In this document: in pieces, positions 49,570 through 58,485 of the stretch | Numbering within the stretch: the first letter of the stretch is position 1 | Layout of the letters: each line of letters starts with the position of its first letter | Origin: an uncultured Holosporaceae bacterium | Lineage (GTDB): Bacteria > Pseudomonadota > Alphaproteobacteria > Holosporales > Holosporaceae | NCBI GenBank assembly: GCA_964560205.1 | Contig: CAZLKT010000001.1 | Coordinates: 13,733 to 77,732 of the forward strand | Direction of reading: 5' to 3' | DNA: 64,000 nucleotides | Notes under the pieces: model-generated | Database searches by the model: none | The model's input: only the letters and a program-made list of their open reading frames with translations | What the model was told of the DNA's origin: nothing | Made by a program: the position numbers and the translations under genes

Positions 49570-50358
49570 TTATTTTGACATAGACGGAGGATTTTTGGCA
49601 AGGCTTCCATGCAAAAATCTTTTGATGCCTATTCCTGGTCCCAAATCCATCATGATTCCACCCTCATAAGACACTCCAAGTACCCTGCCGTGAACTATAT
49701 GGGACCCATGGTGAAGATATGCCATGTCTCTGTAATACAAAAGTCGCTGATGCAAAAGAGATAAGAAAGCATCTATGTCCGTAAGGAGAAGACCAAAAGT
49801 TTCTTGTAACTGTTTTTCAAGGTGTACTCTTATGGTGAAAAGATCATATTTCTTTTTGGTTTCATGGAAAAGAGATGTGGTGGCGTAGGATGCCTGCTCA
49901 TGGGGAATATTATTTACATTTATTCCTATGCCTACAAGGCACTGAATCCATGTGTTTTCCTGGTTTATTCCCATGGTCTCTGCCAGAGTTCCTGAGATTT
50001 TTTTCCCATTCCATAACACATCATTAATCCATTTTATCTGCAAAGGGGGGATGGCATCATTGATGATGCGTTCCATGGTGACTGCAACGGCATAGGCCGT
50101 TCCCAGAGGCAAGAATGGTAAAAGGTTTTTGTGACACACAGGCCAATGAAAGCACAGGGTACCATAAAACCCTCCTTCAGGAGAGGCCCAGTGTCGCTGG
50201 TGGGTGCCATAGCCTTCTGTTTGTGTGGTGGCAATAATCCAATGCCAAACCTCCGGCGCAGAACTGGGGTTGAGCTTATGCCACTCTTTTCCATGAATTT
50301 GGGTGGACGAAAGAGACGAATAGCTTTCACAGGTGAAAGATATACGAGAAAAGTCCAT
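49570..50358 (-). CDS. birA: Biotin--[acetyl-CoA-carboxylase] ligase (no HTH domain) with an atypical biotin-binding loop
   Basis: IATTQTEGYGTHQRHWASPEGGFYGTL aligns with E. coli IAEYQQAGRGRRGRKWFSPFGANLYLS. KWINDVLWNGKKISGTLAE aligns with KWPNDLYLQDRKLAGILVE. GIGINV is present, and the C-terminal domain looks SH3-like. Confidence 0.75.
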   Translation of the reverse strand: MDFSRISFTCESYSSLSSTQIHGKEWHKLNPSSAPEVWHWIIATTQTEGYGTHQRHWASPEGGFYGTLCFHWPVCHKNLLPFLPLGTAYAVAVTMERIINDAIPPLQIKWINDVLWNGKKISGTLAETMGINQENTWIQCLVGIGINVNNIPHEQASYATTSLFHETKKKYDLFTIRVHLEKQLQETFGLLLTDIDAFLSLLHQRLLYYRDMAYLHHGSHIVHGRVLGVSYEGGIMMDLGPGIGIKRFLHGSLAKNPPSMSK

Positions 50359-50378
50359 GAAAGCTTTCGAAGTTTCCC

Positions 50379-50774
50379 TTATAGGAAAGTTGGAACTTGA
50401 CGAAGGAGAGGCACCTGAGTCTTTGCCTTTTCCACAAGATGTCGAAAAGCATCTGGCTCATTTACCGCCATGTCTGCCAAAACTTTTCTGTTGAGGAGAA
50501 GGGAGACATCACTTTCCATGCGAGACAGCCCATACATAAACTGGTTATATGTGATGCCATAGAGGCGAACGGCCGCATTGATACGCTGGATCCACAGAGC
50601 ACGAAAGGTCCGCTTCTTATTCCTGCGGTCCCTGTATGCATATTGGAGAGCTTTTTCCACCCTTTGAAGAGCTATGCGGAAACACGTGCTGGAACGCCCC
50701 CGATAGCCTTTAGCAAGATGCAAAACTTTTTTATGACGACGATGAGAAGAAACCCCTCTCTTTACTCTAGACAT
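50379..50774 (-). CDS. rplT: 50S ribosomal protein L20
   Basis: [29 protein letters not shown]... Confidence 0.95.
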   Translation of the reverse strand: MSRVKRGVSSHRRHKKVLHLAKGYRGRSSTCFRIALQRVEKALQYAYRDRRNKKRTFRALWIQRINAAVRLYGITYNQFMYGLSRMESDVSLLLNRKVLADMAVNEPDAFRHLVEKAKTQVPLLRQVPTFL

Positions 50775-50811
50775 ACCCTACTCGCTCCTTTGTAAAATCC
50801 ACAATTTTATA

Positions 50812-51042
50812 TTATGAAGTTCTCTTTTTGGGTGTTCGCTTTTTACCCCCATAAGGCAAAAAATGACGTACCACCTGCACATCAGAAGGATCCATGGGAC
50901 GCATCCTTCTGCCTGCTCGCTTCATATCCTGTGGCCTTTTGGAAAGATTATGTTGCAATCTTGCTCCCTTAAGCATCAGTTTCCCGGTGCTGGACCACTT
51001 AAATCTTTTTTTCGCACCACTATGTGTTTTCAGTTTCGGCAT
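50812..51042 (-). CDS. rpmI: 50S ribosomal protein L35
   Basis: MPKLKTHSGAKKRFKWSSTGKLMLKGARLQHNLSKR..., upstream of rplT. infC is not adjacent. Confidence 0.9.
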   Translation of the reverse strand: MPKLKTHSGAKKRFKWSSTGKLMLKGARLQHNLSKRPQDMKRAGRRMRPMDPSDVQVVRHFLPYGGKKRTPKKRTS

Positions 51043-51156
51043 AACATCCCTAATAGGATAAAGAATTCACAGTGCACTCATGATACCCATATTTTTCCAC
51101 TGTGTCTAGGCTCCCCATGGAAAATATCTTTTCAGGTGCCTTTAGAGGAAGAGAGC

Positions 51157-51765
51157 CTAGAAAGATATGGGCTCATCATACATTTTTTCCACAAATTTCC
51201 AGTGAGCCAGCTGCTGGAGGAGGGCTTCCACATAGTCCTTTCTTCTGTTCTGATAGTCAAGGTAATAGGCGTGCTCCCACACATCACATGTGAAAAGGGC
51301 TCGTTCTCCGTATAAAAGAGGAAGATCTGCATTGATGGTTTTTCTTATATCCACGGTGCCATCTGCCTTTTTTACAAGCCAGGCCCACCCGCTTCCAAAC
51401 TGTGTGAGGGCAGACTCTATAAATGTTTCTAGGAAATTCTGGACGTTTCCAAATTTTTGTTCTATGGCTTTTTTCAGATTTCCCTCAGGAAGGGGCGCAT
51501 AGTTTTTGGGTGGGCATAGGCAATGCCAATAAAAGGTATGGTTCCACACCTGAGCAGCATTGAGGTAAAGAGCCATGTCCTCTGAAGATCTGGAGGTCTT
51601 TTTAATAATATGTTCAAGATTTTGGTCTTCTGCAGTGGGAAGTAGAGCATTCACTTTTTTTACGTAAGCATCATGATGCTTTTCATAATGGAAAGAAAGG
51701 GTTCTGGAAGAGAGTACTGGCTCCAAAGCATCAAGAGCATAAGGGAGAGGTGGTAATGTGATCAT
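51157..51765 (-). CDS. sodB: Fe/Mn superoxide dismutase
   Basis: LPPLPYALDALEP...FHYEKHH..., and DVWEHAYYLDYQNRR. Confidence 0.9.
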   Translation of the reverse strand: MITLPPLPYALDALEPVLSSRTLSFHYEKHHDAYVKKVNALLPTAEDQNLEHIIKKTSRSSEDMALYLNAAQVWNHTFYWHCLCPPKNYAPLPEGNLKKAIEQKFGNVQNFLETFIESALTQFGSGWAWLVKKADGTVDIRKTINADLPLLYGERALFTCDVWEHAYYLDYQNRRKDYVEALLQQLAHWKFVEKMYDEPISF

Positions 51766-51777
51766 AAAAGCTAGTGG

Positions 51778-54144
51778 TTAGAGAGAAGATACCCTTCGTC
51801 TTATCATCATCCTTCGAAGAAAGCAAGAGACGCGGTTATGAAAATGCCTTTTGTGATGCACAAGGGTATGTGGGAAAACAGCATCAACGCTGCTTACAGG
51901 AATAATTTCAATGCCTTTTTTCACATCATCTGGGATATCTTCCAGATCTTTTTTGTTACCTTCTGGGATAATGACCTTCTTGATGCCCCCTTGATGAGCG
52001 GCAAGGAGTTTTTCTTTGAGGCCTCCAATGGGCCATACTTTACCACTCAAACTGATTTCCCCAGTCATGGCTACATCTTTGTACACCAAAGTTTTCGTGA
52101 GCACAGAAAGAATTGCAACGGAAATGGCGATGCCCGCAGAGGGCCCATCCTTTGGCACAGCCCCCTCTGGCACATGGACATGAATATCGTGGGTTTCTAA
52201 TATTGTGGGGTCTATGTTATACATGGCGGCTTGGGATCTTATGAAGCTGAAGGCCGCTTGTACAGACTCCTTCATGACGTCCCCAAGCTTTCCTGTGGAA
52301 AGAATAGTGCCTTTTCCAGGAAGGAGTACGGCCTCTATGTTGAGAAGCTCTCCCCCCATTTCCGTCCATGCAAGCCCTGTAACGATACCGCAAATATCCA
52401 TGGGAGAGGCCTCTGTACGGGTATATTTTGGAACACCAAGATATGTGCGCAAATTTTCCGTGGTGATATGCAAATTTTTTATTTTTTTCATATCAATTTC
52501 CTTCACAGCCTTTCGGGCCAAGGTGGAAATCCACCGATGCAGGTTTCTCACGCCGGCTTCTCGGCAATAAAAGCGGATGATGCGACGAAGGGCTTTTTCT
52601 TCAATATGGAGCTCGTCTTCTCGAAGACCAGATTCCTTCTTCTCATCTGGAAGCAAATGATGCTGCGCAATTTGCACTTTCTCATCTTCTGTGTATCCAG
52701 AGATAGTGATAAGCTCCATGCGATCTAAAAGTGGTGGTGGAATGACCTGTACAGTGTTGGCTGTACAGATGAAAAGGACACTGGAGAGGTCGTACCCCAC
52801 ATCCAGATAATTATCTTGGAAAGAATCATTTTGTTCTGGATCCAAAATTTCCAAAAGGGCTGATGCTGGGTCTCCACGCCAATCCGATCCAATCTTATCT
52901 ATTTCATCTAAGAGAATAAGCGGATTGGTTGTTTTTGCTTTGCGCAAGGCTTGGATAATTTTGCCTGGCATAGAGCCCACATAGGTTCGTCTATGGCCGC
53001 GGAGCTCTGCTTCATCACGGATACCCCCCAGGGAGATGCGCACGAACACCCTTCCCGTGGCTTCGGCAACGGCTTTTCCTAGGGAGGTTTTCCCTACTCC
53101 AGGAGGCCCCACAAAACATATGACTTTTCCTTGCATTTTCTGGGTTCTGTTTTGGACTGCTAAAAATTCTATGGTGGTTTCCTTGGGTTGCTTTAAGCCA
53201 TCATGGTTTTTGTTCAGAATTTCTTCTGCTTTCCTCAAATCTTTGTACAAGCGTGATTTTTTTTCCCACGGCAGATCAAGGAAACACTCTATATAACTTC
53301 GCTCCACAGAAGCTTCGGAGGACATGGGGCTCATCTTGCATAACCGAGAGAACACCATCTCCACCTTTTCCCGAATTTCTTTGGGAAACTTTGTTTTCTT
53401 GATGCGTTCTCGCAGTATTTCATATTCACTATTTTCCCCAAGTTCCTGTTGAATTGCTTGCTTTCTCATATCTTGTACATAGGAACGCTGCTGGTTCTCA
53501 ATGCTGTTTTTGATGCGTTTGAGGATTCTTTTTTCTATTTGGAAAACTTCTATTTCTCCCCCCAAATATGCTAAAAGCACCTCCATCCTTTTTTCCAAGA
53601 AAACAGACTCCAACACCTCCTGTTTTAAGGCAATAGACATGGGAAGCTGTGTCACGATGACATCAACCATTTTTTCCGTATCCTCAATTTGCTCGGCAAA
53701 ACTTAAAAAATCTAAGGATTTTTTTGACAGCTTTAAATAGGAGTTCAACTTTTCTAAGATTAAGCGACGGAAAGCCATGACTTCCTGAGGGTCTTTTATA
53801 ATGGTGTCGAAATCATCGCCATAAAACTCGCTGAAATGATCATTTTCTTTTTGTTCCTTAATGGTAATTCTTTTTTCTCCCTCTATAATGGCTTTTATGC
53901 CGTTGCCATCGGAGAGCTCTAAGATTTGTACAACGCGGGCCAAAGTCCCCACAGAATAAATATCGTCTATGGTGGGGGTCTCTACACTGGAGTCTTTTTG
54001 TGTGACCAAAAGGACGGGGCTGTTTTGTGTCACGGCTTCTTGAAGGGTTTCAATAAATTTTTTTCTGGAAAAAAAAAGAGGAACGACGGAATGAGGTAAA
54101 ACAACAAGTTGTCTTACAGCAATGGTCAAGTATCCTACGTGCAT
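51778..54144 (-). CDS. lon: ATP-dependent Lon protease
   Basis: Lon N-domain, Walker A (GPPGVGKTS), the catalytic PKDGPSAG serine, and a downstream Lys region; 788 aa. Confidence 0.95.
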   Translation of the reverse strand: MHVGYLTIAVRQLVVLPHSVVPLFFSRKKFIETLQEAVTQNSPVLLVTQKDSSVETPTIDDIYSVGTLARVVQILELSDGNGIKAIIEGEKRITIKEQKENDHFSEFYGDDFDTIIKDPQEVMAFRRLILEKLNSYLKLSKKSLDFLSFAEQIEDTEKMVDVIVTQLPMSIALKQEVLESVFLEKRMEVLLAYLGGEIEVFQIEKRILKRIKNSIENQQRSYVQDMRKQAIQQELGENSEYEILRERIKKTKFPKEIREKVEMVFSRLCKMSPMSSEASVERSYIECFLDLPWEKKSRLYKDLRKAEEILNKNHDGLKQPKETTIEFLAVQNRTQKMQGKVICFVGPPGVGKTSLGKAVAEATGRVFVRISLGGIRDEAELRGHRRTYVGSMPGKIIQALRKAKTTNPLILLDEIDKIGSDWRGDPASALLEILDPEQNDSFQDNYLDVGYDLSSVLFICTANTVQVIPPPLLDRMELITISGYTEDEKVQIAQHHLLPDEKKESGLREDELHIEEKALRRIIRFYCREAGVRNLHRWISTLARKAVKEIDMKKIKNLHITTENLRTYLGVPKYTRTEASPMDICGIVTGLAWTEMGGELLNIEAVLLPGKGTILSTGKLGDVMKESVQAAFSFIRSQAAMYNIDPTILETHDIHVHVPEGAVPKDGPSAGIAISVAILSVLTKTLVYKDVAMTGEISLSGKVWPIGGLKEKLLAAHQGGIKKVIIPEGNKKDLEDIPDDVKKGIEIIPVSSVDAVFPHTLVHHKRHFHNRVSCFLRRMMIRRRVSSL

Positions 54145-54297
54145 GAAATCTCCTTTTATAATTCAGGGCGTATATTTTCTTCATTTTTTTGCAAAATTTT
54201 CAATGCTGCGACTCCCACAGAGCAGAAGAGAATCTTTCTATCCAGGATAAGAGATCTCCGTAGAGGTTTCAACTTTTCTGGATGCACATTTGTGTTG

Positions 54298-54666
54298 TTA
54301 AGGGGATTCCTGACGTTTTTTGAGAATGGATGCAAGATGTCGTGTTACAGGGGGAAGAGTTACTGTAATGCCATCCAACTCAGGGGTCATGCGAATCTGG
54401 CACCCAAGGCGGGACGTGGGGGTCAGCCCAAAAGCAAGATCCAACATATCCTCTTCGTCGTCACTGGGTTCTGACAGAGCTTTATACCACTCTGCATCAA
54501 TAATAAGATGACATGTGGAACATGCCAATGCGCCGCCACAGGCGCCTTCTAAATCAATACAATGATGCCGTGCCACGTCTAAAAGAGAGTCCCCCACATT
54601 CGCTTCAACCTCCTTCATTGTTCCATCTTCTAAAATAAAACGAACTGTTGGCTTTTCTCTAGACAT
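54298..54666 (-). CDS. fdx: 2Fe-2S ferredoxin, adrenodoxin type
   Basis: ...EGACGGALACSTCHLIIDAEWY...LGCQIRMTPELDG carries the Cys ligand pattern CX5CX2C...C. An internal ATG was chosen as the start. Confidence 0.85.
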   Translation of the reverse strand: MSREKPTVRFILEDGTMKEVEANVGDSLLDVARHHCIDLEGACGGALACSTCHLIIDAEWYKALSEPSDDEEDMLDLAFGLTPTSRLGCQIRMTPELDGITVTLPPVTRHLASILKKRQESP

Positions 54667-54792
54667 GTTTCTCAACATAGGGCAAACACATCTATAAGCC
54701 ATAACAAAAATTTCTTTGTGAAGCAAGAGTTGACCTGAGAAAATTTTTCATTTCTCATAAAGCAAGATAGGGGATGACAAAGGGGAATCTTT

Positions 54793-56082
54793 ATGGAAAA
54801 TATCATATTCACGTCGTGGTGGATGGCGGCGCCATTTCTTTTTCTCGTGATGGTGCTTTTGGGGGTTCCCTCTTTTTTCCCTCATATGTGGGATAGGTGG
54901 TTTCCTGTTATTTTGGGTGGTGCTGTTCTTTTCTTTTGCGTGGGGATGGGGGCTGTCTGTGGGGTTCTTCCTTTTTATCACAAAAGTGCACAGGCTCTTC
55001 AGGAGAGTTATCTGCCCTTCTTTTTTGTCTTTAGTATGATGTATATGATGACGTCGTGTTCTGTGATTTCCATTGGTGGGAAAGGTACCCCGGCTTTTTA
55101 TAGTGGGTATCTTTTTTTTACTGCGTTGTGTGCTTCTGTCATTGGTACTTTGGGGGCGTCCATGCTGTTTTTGCGTCCGCTTTTAGAGAATCTGCAGCAA
55201 AGAAAGCATAAGTCCCATACAATTCTCTTCTTTATTTTTATGGTGTGTAATGTGGGAGGGGGGCTTTTGCCTTTAGGGGATCCCCCGCTTTTCATGGGTT
55301 TTTTAAAAGGGGTGCCATTTTTTTGGCCCTTGCAAAAGCTCAGCGGTCCAGTCTTTTTTCTCCTTTTGTGGCTTCTCGTCCTCTATTTTTTGCTGGATAT
55401 TTTTTTGTATGCTCAAGAAAAAAAAGAGGCCCCCCATAAAATGGTGTCTCCATGGTCCATTTCCTTTTCTGGTGTGACATGTGTGGGGTATGGGTATGTT
55501 TTCATAACACTTCTTATATCCGCCTCCATGATTGTTTTGGAAAGCTGGCCTGTGGGAATGAGGAATATCATATGGTTTTGTGGTTTTTGTGGGTGTGGTG
55601 CGTGGGTGATCATGAGGGGAAAATCACGGTTCTTTTCTTGGAAGCCCTTATGGGAAAATGTTGCAACCTTTGGTTCTCTTTTCCTTTTTTCTGTGCCCAT
55701 TATGGAAATGTTATCTTCTGGCGAGGCTGTGGGGTTTTTAGAAAAGATAAGAGGTCCGTGGGAGGCATGTGGGGCTTTTTGGATTTCTGGTGCTCTTTCA
55801 ACCATTTTGGATAATGCACCCTCATATTTGCTATGCTTGGAGGGGTTTGGGGGCGTTACTCGTCTTCTTCATACCATCCATGAGCCCACACTCCAGGCCA
55901 TATCCGCTGGGTCGGTCTTTATGGGGGCTCTTACATATATTGGCAATGCACCGAATTTGTTGGTACGCAGCACGTCCGCAGAGAGGGGTATAGTCTTGCC
56001 TTCGAGTATGATGTATACCTTCTATGCCCTTCTGCTTTTTTTCCCTGGGCTTATGATGGTGTCAGTGCTTTTTTTCCTGTAA
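54793..56082 (+). CDS. Putative ion transporter, ArsB/NhaD (CitMHS-like) permease superfamily
   Basis: 429 aa and polytopic. The LSTILDNAPSYL segment resembles this superfamily. The assignment rests on general resemblance only. Confidence 0.5.
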   Translation: MENIIFTSWWMAAPFLFLVMVLLGVPSFFPHMWDRWFPVILGGAVLFFCVGMGAVCGVLPFYHKSAQALQESYLPFFFVFSMMYMMTSCSVISIGGKGTPAFYSGYLFFTALCASVIGTLGASMLFLRPLLENLQQRKHKSHTILFFIFMVCNVGGGLLPLGDPPLFMGFLKGVPFFWPLQKLSGPVFFLLLWLLVLYFLLDIFLYAQEKKEAPHKMVSPWSISFSGVTCVGYGYVFITLLISASMIVLESWPVGMRNIIWFCGFCGCGAWVIMRGKSRFFSWKPLWENVATFGSLFLFSVPIMEMLSSGEAVGFLEKIRGPWEACGAFWISGALSTILDNAPSYLLCLEGFGGVTRLLHTIHEPTLQAISAGSVFMGALTYIGNAPNLLVRSTSAERGIVLPSSMMYTFYALLLFFPGLMMVSVLFFL

Positions 56083-56424
56083 TTGTTCTGTTTTATATTT
56101 CCCGGATCTTTTTTTCTTCCGTGAGGGATGGCCATTGCTGTAAGTTGTTGTTCCTCCTCTCTTTTTTTCCTCTTGGTATCGTTTAAATTCCTCGTGGCGT
56201 TCTTCGATTTTTTTTTTAAATGTTTCTAAGGCGTTTGCCCTTTTTTTTCTGGCGGCCTCCAGTGCTTTTCCACGAACAACTTTCCACTCCTGCTGTCGCT
56301 TTCTTTTGCGGGCAGGGTCGCGGTTTTTTTCCTCCTCCCTTGGCAAAAAGAAAGTCTGCTTCGTAGCGCTGGCTTCAAAAGTTAATGATAACAGAGGAGA
56401 AAGCCATAAGAATTTTTTGATCAT
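56062..56424 (-). CDS. Hypothetical small exported, highly charged (K/R/E-rich) protein
   Basis: From the internal ATG at 56424: MIKKFLWLSPLLSLTFEASA... then ...PARKRKRQQEW...SRKKKRSGK... It fills an otherwise empty 415-nt gap. There is no clear SD. The upstream part of the listed 177-aa ORF is a shadow of the der P-loop. Confidence 0.3.
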   Translation of the reverse strand: MIKKFLWLSPLLSLTFEASATKQTFFLPREEEKNRDPARKRKRQQEWKVVRGKALEAARKKRANALETFKKKIEERHEEFKRYQEEKKRGGTTTYSNGHPSRKKKRSGKYKTEQLQEKKH

Positions 56425-56497
56425 GAATAAAAGGATGTTTAGTACACTGGCTAACAGTAGCAAGGCTGTGTTAAGATGGGGTGAAATTTCTAGAGGA

Positions 56498-57886
56498 ATG
56501 TATGTGACAAACCGGCTTTCCATAGCCATTGTTGGTCGTCCCAATGTGGGAAAATCCACTCTTTTCAATCGAATTCTCAATAAGCCTGTTGCCATTGTAT
56601 ATGATGAGCCAGGGGTGACGAGGGATTGGCAAATGTATGAAGGGGTATTTCAGGATATTCCCGTGCGGCTTTTTGATACGCCTGGTTTAATGGACGTTGT
56701 TCTTCCAGATTTGCATGGTCAGATACACAATGCGGTGAAAGAGGTGCTTCAAAACTGTCATGGCCTTTTTTTTCTCTTTGATGGGAAGGAGGGGGTTACG
56801 GCTACTGATATTGCCCTCATTCAATGGCTTCGAAAAAACATTTCTCTTCAGAAAATCCCTCTTTTTCTGCTGGCAAACAAGTGTGAAAAATCCTTTGTGG
56901 GTTTTTCTGCAGAGGCTGAAGGAGCGTCCCTGGGATTTGGTGTGCCCCTTACTATTTCTGCTCTGCATGGTCATGGAGTGGCAGAGTTAGGGGCTGTTAT
57001 GAAAAAGCTTTTTGCGTCTCTGCCTTCTGAAGAAACGTTGGAAGATATGCAGGTGGCACAAGAGGAGAGCGTGCCCACCCTTGTGGTGATGGGGCGTCCC
57101 AATGTGGGAAAATCGACTTTTATCAACACATGTCTTGGCATGGAGAGGGTTTTGACAGGATCACAAGCAGGACTCACGCGGGATGCGGTTGTGGTGAAGG
57201 GCCAATGGGATGGTAAGCCTTTTCGCTTTGTGGACACGGCGGGATTACGAAAGAAAAGCCATGTTTCTGGAGCCATAGAGAAAATGGCGTGTCAAGAAAC
57301 GTATCATGCGTTGGTTTTTGCCCACGTGGTGGTGATGATGATAGATGCCACCAGGGGAATTGAAAAGCAGGATCTTGTGATTTTGGAAAAGATCACACAA
57401 GAGGGCAGAGCCGTGGTGGTGGCCTTAAGCAAATGGGATCATGTGGAGGATCCACATACTACTCTTAAAAATTTCTCTAGGTGTCTAGAGGATGCCTTTG
57501 TGCAAGGAAAATCTATACCCATGGTTGCCTTTTCCTCTGTGACACAGAAAGGGTTAAAAAGTCTTCGTGAGGAAGTTTTTCGTGCCTATGATACGTGGAA
57601 CGTGCGGCTTTCCACTGGTCCTCTGAACAGATGGCTTCAAAAAATGATGGTGGCCCATGCGGTGCCTCGGTGTCATGGCCGACCTGTGCGCATCAAATAT
57701 ATAGAGCAAATTAAAAATCGTCCCCCCACATTTCTTCTCCATGGCAATAAAATGGAGGACCTTCCAGAATCCTATAAGCGGTATCTTATAAATGGACTGG
57801 TGAAGGATTTTTCCTTATATGGGTCGTCGCCTCGGCTTATTTTTCGGTCTTCGGATAATCCTTATCATGGAGAGAAGGATTCATAA
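56498..57886 (+). CDS. der: Ribosome-associated GTPase Der (EngA)
   Basis: Two tandem GTPase domains ([17 protein letters not shown] and VVMGRPNVGKSTFIN) plus a KH-like C-terminus. The exact start is uncertain (ATG at 56498, GTG at 56504, or ATG at 56423). Confidence 0.9.
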   Translation: MYVTNRLSIAIVGRPNVGKSTLFNRILNKPVAIVYDEPGVTRDWQMYEGVFQDIPVRLFDTPGLMDVVLPDLHGQIHNAVKEVLQNCHGLFFLFDGKEGVTATDIALIQWLRKNISLQKIPLFLLANKCEKSFVGFSAEAEGASLGFGVPLTISALHGHGVAELGAVMKKLFASLPSEETLEDMQVAQEESVPTLVVMGRPNVGKSTFINTCLGMERVLTGSQAGLTRDAVVVKGQWDGKPFRFVDTAGLRKKSHVSGAIEKMACQETYHALVFAHVVVMMIDATRGIEKQDLVILEKITQEGRAVVVALSKWDHVEDPHTTLKNFSRCLEDAFVQGKSIPMVAFSSVTQKGLKSLREEVFRAYDTWNVRLSTGPLNRWLQKMMVAHAVPRCHGRPVRIKYIEQIKNRPPTFLLHGNKMEDLPESYKRYLINGLVKDFSLYGSSPRLIFRSSDNPYHGEKDS

Positions 57887-57893
57887 CATCTTG

Positions 57894-58463
57894 TTAAAAC
57901 CATATCCCCAGGGAAAGGTTGTGAATATGCCCCCATACCTCTTCTTCTCCATGGTTCGTTTTATAACATAATGAAGAGAGGAGGCCATGGGTCATGAGAA
58001 GGCTGAGTATGGTGCTCTCATTGTGTGAAAGGGATGTGTGGAACACTGCAAACGTGTAAAAATGATGATAAAACGGGTGAATCCACTGGAAAAGGGTGGA
58101 GATGGACAGTGTCGCTTCATATAAAATTTCTTGCATCAGAGAAAAAAATGGCTCCAAGAGATCCATGGTGGTGAGAATACCTTCTATGAAAACTTCTTGT
58201 GCATGAAAGGGCCTTCTTTTTTTGAGTATCTGGAACATGTGGTGCGCAGTTTTCTGGAAAAATGCAGTCATGATATGATTCTTTTCTGGAAAAAGACGAA
58301 AAAGCGTCCATGCATCCACATGTGGGTGCTGTGCCATGAGTTCACGGAAGCAAAAATTTCTCCACCCTCTTTGTATAAGAAGCAGTAAACATTTTTCTAA
58401 AAGATTATTTGCAGAAAAAGATACGGACTTCGGGGGGGTGAAAGAAAAACTCATAGACAACAC
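57894..58463 (-). CDS. Hypothetical protein with a possible TetR-type fold (TetR/AcrR- or COQ9-like)
   Basis: The N-terminal LLEKCLLLLIQRGWRNFCFRELMAQHPHVDAWTLFRLFPEKNHIMTAFF loosely fits the TetR helix-turn-helix pattern. The evidence is weak. Confidence 0.35.
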   Translation of the reverse strand: MLSMSFSFTPPKSVSFSANNLLEKCLLLLIQRGWRNFCFRELMAQHPHVDAWTLFRLFPEKNHIMTAFFQKTAHHMFQILKKRRPFHAQEVFIEGILTTMDLLEPFFSLMQEILYEATLSISTLFQWIHPFYHHFYTFAVFHTSLSHNESTILSLLMTHGLLSSLCYKTNHGEEEVWGHIHNLSLGIWF

Positions 58464-58485
58464 TTTACCATGAAGGAAGAAAACA

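Noticed and set aside
56425-56595. The N-terminal part of the 177-aa minus-strand ORF (MATGLLRIRLKRVDFPTLGRPT...)
   Set aside because: VDFPTLGRP is the reverse-complement reading of the der P-loop GRPNVGKST. The same shadow peptide appears opposite the second der P-loop (56971-57276), and a similar one appears opposite the hflX P-loop (7069-7263). Only the part downstream of 56424 was kept, as a low-confidence CDS.
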